The position numbers were made by a program, and so were the translations under genes. The notes beneath the pieces were generated by a model. The model saw nothing but the letters and a program-made list of their open reading frames with translations. It was not told where the DNA came from and ran no database searches. Of a stretch of DNA of 32,000 nucleotides, positions 26,884-32,000 are shown in pieces. The DNA comes from Prevotella phage Lak-A1: sequence record MK250016.1. The stretch is one strand, 5' to 3'. Numbering within the stretch: position 1 is the stretch's first letter; each line of letters opens with the position of its first letter.

Positions 26884-27927
26884 TTATGCTTGATAAGAAT
26901 ACTTGTCAAACATTGAATCAATATTAGAGGGATGCACAGCATTAATGCCGATTTCATCACATTTCCTTAATGTATCATGAAAATCATCTATAAGACATAC
27001 ATCCTTAAGATCCCACTTCATCTTATGAGCAAGCTGCTCAATAAAGACGTGCTTGAAATTTTTATTTCCAACGAACATTCGGTTCTCAACAGGAATTTCA
27101 GGAAAATATTTATCAAGCCATTCATTCTTCTCCTTCCACGCAATTGAATTGGCACATGCAGTAACAATATATACATTATTCATGTCATAATGTTCCTTTA
27201 CAAAATCAATAACATGTTTCACTGGTTTCAGATTTTTAAATAGTTCGCTACTTACAAAATCAGAATTACCATGAATGTCAAGTTTTGCTTTGCCATAACA
27301 GGCTAATGTACCATCCATGTCAAGAAGTAAATACTTATTAGTAAAATAATCAACGCGTATGAATTCATCTACTAATGGAATGTATTTATTCTTACATGCT
27401 TCAATACGTAAGTTTTTCTTATAAATATCTTCAACTGGAACTTTACGAGCTCGTCCTTGAAGTCTCTTTATACAAACTTCTACAGGAGTATCGAAGAATA
27501 CACAAGTAATCTTATCTACATTATGTTCTCTTAAATAATCTATAATACTAAGATTATAATGATTATTAATTCCACCACCATCAAGAATAATATTAACGTT
27601 TAGATTTTTTGATTTTGCAATTTCAAAAATCATTCGTCTTGCTAATTGAACAGAATCCTCATGAACAACTTCAGGATGTTCATCAGTATATCCTTCTAAC
27701 ATAGGTTTAATTTCATCAGCAGAAATAATCCATGTAGAATTATCAATTAAATTATTCTCTAATGCCTCATTAATTTCTTCAAATGAATAATCATCAAATG
27801 GATGTGTTGTTGATAATAGAGTTGACAACATATCACATAAATGACCTGCATCTGAATAATTATTTGATATAAACGTAGATTTACCGCAACACGGTAAACC
27901 TACGAAATACATAAACTTACTAATCAT
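26884..27927 (-). CDS. T4-type polynucleotide kinase/phosphatase (kinase N-terminal, HAD phosphatase C-terminal), 347 aa
   Basis: P-loop 'FVGLPCCGKSTFI', HAD 'YLLLDMDGTLACYGK' and 'VYIVTACANSIAWKEKNEWL...VCLIDDFHDTLRKC'. Confidence 0.8.
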   Translation of the reverse strand: MISKFMYFVGLPCCGKSTFISNNYSDAGHLCDMLSTLLSTTHPFDDYSFEEINEALENNLIDNSTWIISADEIKPMLEGYTDEHPEVVHEDSVQLARRMIFEIAKSKNLNVNIILDGGGINNHYNLSIIDYLREHNVDKITCVFFDTPVEVCIKRLQGRARKVPVEDIYKKNLRIEACKNKYIPLVDEFIRVDYFTNKYLLLDMDGTLACYGKAKLDIHGNSDFVSSELFKNLKPVKHVIDFVKEHYDMNNVYIVTACANSIAWKEKNEWLDKYFPEIPVENRMFVGNKNFKHVFIEQLAHKMKWDLKDVCLIDDFHDTLRKCDEIGINAVHPSNIDSMFDKYSYQA

Positions 27928-27954
27928 AACCTATTATAATTTATAAGTTTATTT

Positions 27955-28292
27955 TTAATCAATAGTACCATCAAGAAGTTTATGAACTGCATCTTGACGT
28001 GTTTTACGAATTTCTGCAAGTGTAAACTCTTTTACAAGCTTACCGTCTTCAAACACCGTCTTCAATTCATTCTTATCTGATGCTTCATCTTCAATAGAAA
28101 CTCGATCAATAGGTTTATAATTACCATTTTCATCCTTTACAACCATAATAAGACCACGATGTGATTTCTTTGGTGTACCAGTAACAGTCTTTGGATCTTT
28201 AAAGATCTCTATCTGCTTATTATCTACTTTACACCATGTTGCCTTACATGCAAATGCAAGTTGGTCACGGGTGTTCATTTGATAGGAAAATG
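27955..28292 (-). CDS. nadV: nicotinamide phosphoribosyltransferase, 3' exon
   Basis: [S]FSYQMNTRDQLAFACKATWCKVDNKQIEIFKDPKTVTGTPKKSHRGLIMVVKD...TVFEDGKLVKEFTLAEIR matches the NAMPT C-terminus. Confidence 0.9.
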
Positions 28293-28293
28293 C

Positions 28294-29517
28294 TTAGAAA
28301 TATTGCTTTATATGTTCATAAATATTATCAGTAAATAACTCAGAAGAATATGTTGTATATTTCCTAATATTTTTATATTCCTATAAAATTTGTTGTTCTA
28401 TACAAAATGCAGTATAAAGTTCATATTGTTTATAATATAATATCTCTATATCTAATACAATACTAGAATTACGCAATGCAGATGAACGTAATGAACGTAT
28501 TCTCTACTTTGGTGTTTCTTTTTTTGTTATACCTATTTTATAAAGTATTTGGTTATTTGTTTTATCAATAACTTTTAAATAATATAATATTCCTATATGT
28601 GATTTTTGTTCAGGATGATTATTAAACCAATCTATATTATATCCACCTGGTACATATCCATTTAATATAGTTCTTTCTATTTTACATTTAGGACATTCCT
28701 AACCTGCATTTAGAAATTTAGAAATTCTTTTTTCAAAAATCCCATGTTTTGGACAAATAATCTAAATTTTAGATTGTTTTGTTTTATAAATGTCTCTATT
28801 GCTTTCTGGATATGTATAATAATCGCCATATTTTTCTTTACACATACCAATAATCTAATCATATGTAAATGATTTATGTAATGCTCTCATTTTATTACCA
28901 CATAATGGACAACCATTTTTATTGCCGTTTATTATATGTGTACGAGCTAATACATTAAAAGCACCATGTATAGGACAGATAACCGTTATTTCTGAATTTA
29001 CTAATCCGGTCCAGTTATCTAAATTATATGTAAATTTATTATTATATTTTTTATTAGCTATTTCTAAAAATTCTTCTTTTGTTATTCTGGATTCAATTTG
29101 AGCTTTTTTATTTGCTAATGTTCCCTTGTATGTTTTATCTTTATATTTCTATGCACACATTGGACATCCAAATTTATTTCTTAAATGATCCATCGGGCGT
29201 TGCCAGAATGTTCCATGTTCTGGACAAATTATTTCAACTGGAGTTCGCATAGTTATATATTTTACTTTACTATAATCAAACTTATTATTGAATAATTTTT
29301 CACCTCTATTTATGAAACTTTGTTTATAAAACTCATTTCCACGGACTATTTCTTCACCCTCATCATTACATGCTAGGGGCAAGGCGCTTCCACCATTATT
29401 GGAATCTAATGGCGTACTCCCCGAAGGGATAGTCTCTGAACCTTCCTAATGAGTAGTCAATTCATTAGGCTTGGCTGCAGATTCTTGTACTATATTTTCT
29501 ATTAAATTATCTGACAT
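28294..29517 (-). CDS. intron-encoded GIY-YIG-like homing endonuclease with zinc-binding modules, 407 aa, seven sense TAGs
   Basis: Open from ATG 29515-29517 to TAA 28294-28296 with TAGs at 29446, 29149, 28855, 28762, 28699, 28504, 28381. Modules like 'IICPEHGTFWQRPMDHLRNKFGCPMC' and 'VICPTHGAFNVLARTHIINGNKNGCPLC'; C-terminal 'GILYYLKVIDKTNNQILYKIGITKKETPKQRIRSLR'. Confidence 0.85.
29342..29355 (-). other. group I intron S element (3' strand of P7)
   Basis: Minus strand GAAGAAATAGTCCG, compared with consensus AAGAUAUAGUCC. Confidence 0.85.
29429..29442 (-). other. group I intron R element (5' strand of P7)
   Basis: Minus strand GGTTCAGAGACTAT, followed by a CCC-UUCG-GGG hairpin. Confidence 0.85.
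29470..29483 (-). other. group I intron Q element
   Basis: Minus strand AATCTGCAGCCAAG, pairs with the P element (P4). Confidence 0.8.
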
Positions 29518-29584
29518 CTAAAAAGTATTTTTATGTTTCATTTTATTTATCGTGATAATAAAATATAAAATATGAATATACACA

Positions 29585-29595
29585 TTCCTGCAATT
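29585..29595 (-). other. group I intron P element
   Basis: Minus strand AATTGCAGGAA. Confidence 0.8.
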
Positions 29596-29629
29596 CACCT
29601 TGTTATTCAATGCCACTTACGCAGCAAGG

Positions 29630-29639
29630 GAGCCATTTT
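29630..29639 (-). other. group I intron internal guide sequence (P1/P10)
   Basis: Minus strand AAAATGGCTC; AAAAUG pairs with 3' exon CAUUUU and GCUC pairs with 5' exon GGGU, including the splice-site U-G pair. Confidence 0.8.
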
Positions 29640-29669
29640 TACAATCTGCCTCAACAGCAGTGTACGCTA

Positions 29670-30915
29670 ACCCAATTCCCAAAATCAAATTAGTAGCAGC
29701 AAACATCTTATCTTCAAGTTGCGCATAAATCATTCTTTGACGTTTCATATTGATAGAATCACCATAAAGAAGTCCAATATGTGTATCAAGTACTTTATAT
29801 CCCTTCTTATTAAATGTTCCACCAAATGTATTCCAAAGAAATTCATATGAACCCATCTTTACAAATTGATCATTTGCTTCTGAATCACCACAAATAATCT
29901 TTACAGGATCACCACTATCAGGACGGATAACTACTCGACCATTTCGACTCATAATCTGTTCCTTATACTTAGGTACGATCTTTGTAATAAAATACCAGTA
30001 ATCATAGCCGTCTGCTACAATAGAAATAATACCATCAGGAAATTCATCAAGCATTCTCTTAAAATAAATTTCATCATCTGGAATACCAGAATCATTTGTT
30101 GCATTTGAACATTCCACTGAATGTTCTGTTGCAGGTACTGTAGCTGCAATTAATTCTTTCTTAGGATCTGCTTTATAATAGTATTCAATCATTTTAATTG
30201 CAGGTACTGATTCAGAACCGCAAAATGATGTAAGATGTGCCATGCCTGAAGTGATTGTAGTTTCAAGAGAACTCATACCTCTCATTGAAAAATCATGACA
30301 CAAGAAATCAAGGTTAGACAAATCATTAGGATTATAAAAACCTGTTTTCATTGCATGTCTAACAAGTTCACGTCTATAAACATCTGAAATTGTAGCGGAT
30401 GTCATTGGTTGCCACAAAATATTTGAAAGAATAGACTCCAAATAATTAGTAAGCCAAGCAAAATCAGGATGTGTGTTTGTGATTGTCAAAACAGGACATC
30501 CGATTGGACAATATGAACCTTCAGGAAGTGCCTTAATTCTAATAGGGAGATAACCAAGCTTATGCAAAGCAATAATATGATCTACTCCTACTTTCTTTGC
30601 AACTGCTTCACCAAGAAATGATGTAGTTAAATCAGTATATGTTTTTCTAACAGTATCTTCATCAAGGTTAAAGAAGAAATTATTAAACGTATTAATAAGA
30701 TACTTCTTGATAAAATACTGAATACCAAATACAACTACACCTTCATTTGCCTCTGGGAGGTACTTATTTCCTCGTGGTGTAAAATTACTAAAAAGTTGTG
30801 TCATTCCCTTAGGATACATACAGTGATGACCAAGCTTGTAGCCATCAGTCATAAGCATTGCATTGAGAAGTATGTCTTCTACCATTACATGCTGAGAATC
30901 TTTTACGTTTGTCAT
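29670..30915 (-). CDS. nadV: nicotinamide phosphoribosyltransferase, 5' exon
   Basis: 'ILMTDGYKLGHHCMYPKGMTQLFSNFTPRG', 'LCHDFSMRGMSSLETT', 'SIVADGYDYW', 'VVIRPDSGDPVKI'. Exon lengths 1246 + 338 = 1584 nt = 528 codons when spliced. Confidence 0.95.
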
Positions 30916-31030
30916 AAAATTAATTTATTTGTTTTTATTATTTGATTACAATAATAATCTGTTTGTTTGATTAACTGTAATCGTTATTTATATATTATGT
31001 TAACTTTAAAGTCTATATTTTTCATTAAAA

Positions 31031-31064
31031 AATAACATCCTATTTTCACAAACAAGATGTTATT
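31031..31064 (-). terminator. hairpin 3' of 31119..31664
   Basis: AATAACATC ... GATGTTATT, 9-bp stem. Confidence 0.5.
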
Positions 31065-31118
31065 ATTTGATTTAATTTTTTATATGTTTAATTATAAAAA
31101 TAAAAAGGATCTTTTTAA

Positions 31119-31664
31119 TTAAGCAACTTCACGTACTTCCCAATCACTGATTTCTACATCATACTTTTCTTTGTTAATTGAAATAGATTTGATGTTCTTA
31201 AGCGACAATGTACGATATTCAATAACTGCAGTACTTGCCTTTTTCTTTGGCATAAATCTTTCCATATATGCTTTGTCAACTACAGAAATTGGTTCATCAT
31301 TAAGAATAATGTTATTCTTGCAGTAATTGTTAGGAATATAAATCAAACATACATTACCTGTACTGTTATACTGCATAATAACATTCTTAACAATATGACG
31401 TCTATTTGTATCAGTTGCCTTATAATCTTCTCCAAGGATTTTACTCATTGTTTTCTCGTAATCCTGACCGAAATGGAAAGTTACAGAGAAACTTGTGCGA
31501 GGCTGAAAGTCATCCTTGATTCTTTCCTTTGGAAGACCATCGGTGTTGAACTTATTCAACTTAATATCTGATTCACCATAAACGGTTACATATTTACCAT
31601 TACACTTAGCGTTTGCCATAATGTTGATAAACTCGTCTACTGATGTGATAATATTTGTATTCAT
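31119..31664 (-). CDS. hypothetical protein, 181 aa
   Basis: Intact ORF, TAA stop, promoter-like motif upstream. Confidence 0.8.
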   Translation of the reverse strand: MNTNIITSVDEFINIMANAKCNGKYVTVYGESDIKLNKFNTDGLPKERIKDDFQPRTSFSVTFHFGQDYEKTMSKILGEDYKATDTNRRHIVKNVIMQYNSTGNVCLIYIPNNYCKNNIILNDEPISVVDKAYMERFMPKKKASTAVIEYRTLSLKNIKSISINKEKYDVEISDWEVREVA

Positions 31665-31704
31665 AATTTTTATTTTTTAATTGTTTATTATTTCATTAAC
31701 AATA

Positions 31705-31712
31705 CAAAGATA
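31705..31712 (-). promoter_or_regulatory. TATCTTTG promoter-like element upstream of the 31664 gene
   Basis: Minus strand TTTTTTATTTGGAATAAAATGTGTATCTTTGTATTGTT, near-identical to the 2306 site. Confidence 0.5.
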
Positions 31713-31759
31713 CACATTTTATTCCAAATAAAAAAATATATAAAGATAAAAACTATATT

Positions 31760-31906
31760 TTATTTAAAATTGTCTCTGATGAAATTATCTATCACATCTT
31801 TTACAGAATTACATTTAAATTGTGTTTCAACATAACTACCAGTCCAATCTGTATGAACTTTAAAGTTATCTAAAAACCATTTAGAAATTTTTTCTTTATT
31901 CATCAT
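31760..31906 (-). CDS. small hypothetical protein, 48 aa
   Basis: MMNKEKISKWFLDNFKVHTDWTGSYVETQFKCNSVKDVIDNFIRDNFK then TAA. Confidence 0.5.
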   Translation of the reverse strand: MMNKEKISKWFLDNFKVHTDWTGSYVETQFKCNSVKDVIDNFIRDNFK

Positions 31907-31998
31907 TTTTGATTTTTTAAGTCATCAACCAATCGTTCTGTTTCTTTTAATAGAAAACGCAATACTATAAATAATCCACAAAGGATAAAAATAAACAT
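31903..31998 (-). CDS. small membrane protein, at least 31 aa, overlapping the next start (ATGA)
   Basis: MFIFILCGLFIVLRFLLKETERLVDDLKNQK then TGA; may start upstream of the window edge. Confidence 0.4.
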   Translation of the reverse strand: MFIFILCGLFIVLRFLLKETERLVDDLKNQK

Positions 31999-32000
31999 AA

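Larger units (their letters stand above)
28293..29669 (-). other. group I intron in nadV, 1377 nt, ORF-containing
   Basis: 5' exon ends GGG-U, intron ends in G. P AAUUGCAGGAA, Q AAUCUGCAGCCAAG, R GGUUCAGAGACUAU, S GAAGAAAUAGUCC. IGS 5'-AAAAUGGCUC pairs with ligated exons GGGU|CAUUUU. Confidence 0.92.

Noticed and set aside
28293-29669. Intein instead of intron in NAMPT
   Set aside because: The 5' frame terminates in TAA after 18 codons and there are no splicing blocks; ribozyme core and guide sequence fit a group I intron.
1-32000. CRISPR array, tRNA (including a CUA suppressor) or reverse transcriptase
   Set aside because: None recognised by eye; intergenic gaps are short. A tRNAscan-SE/ARAGORN run would be decisive and was not possible.

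Overview
AT-rich window, densely coding and mostly on the minus strand, that reads as part of a large T4-like (myovirus-type) phage of a Bacteroidetes host. Supported landmarks are a T4 gp21-like prohead protease fused to an acidic region, a family B DNA polymerase N-terminal half, a ClpP-like protease, IF-1, T4-type polynucleotide kinase/phosphatase, nicotinamide phosphoribosyltransferase (NAMPT/nadV), an HD-domain phosphohydrolase, and BspA-like and FISUMP-like repeats. Main results: (1) The supplied ORF track is fragmented because TAG is a sense codon here, most likely glutamine (genetic code 15). I found about 35 in-frame TAGs in 10 genes, and no complete gene I checked ends in TAG. In the BspA-like protein, three TAGs fall exactly on the Q of the 'FNQ' repeat motif. 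(2) nadV is split by a 1377-nt group I intron (28293..29669, minus). It has recognisable P, Q, R and S core elements and a 10-pair internal guide sequence match to both exons. Splicing restores a 527-aa protein, and the intron carries a TAG-containing GIY-YIG-like homing endonuclease ORF. (3) The DNA polymerase ORF stops just before motif B, next to a homing-endonuclease-like gene. (4) Several unrelated proteins share an N-terminal motif resembling a capsid-targeting/gp21 cleavage signal ([LIM]xE|[SAGYT]), which suggests a set of co-packaged, possibly injected proteins. (5) There are tandem paralog arrays, one with a visible segmental-duplication scar. No tRNA, CRISPR array or reverse transcriptase was recognised by eye.
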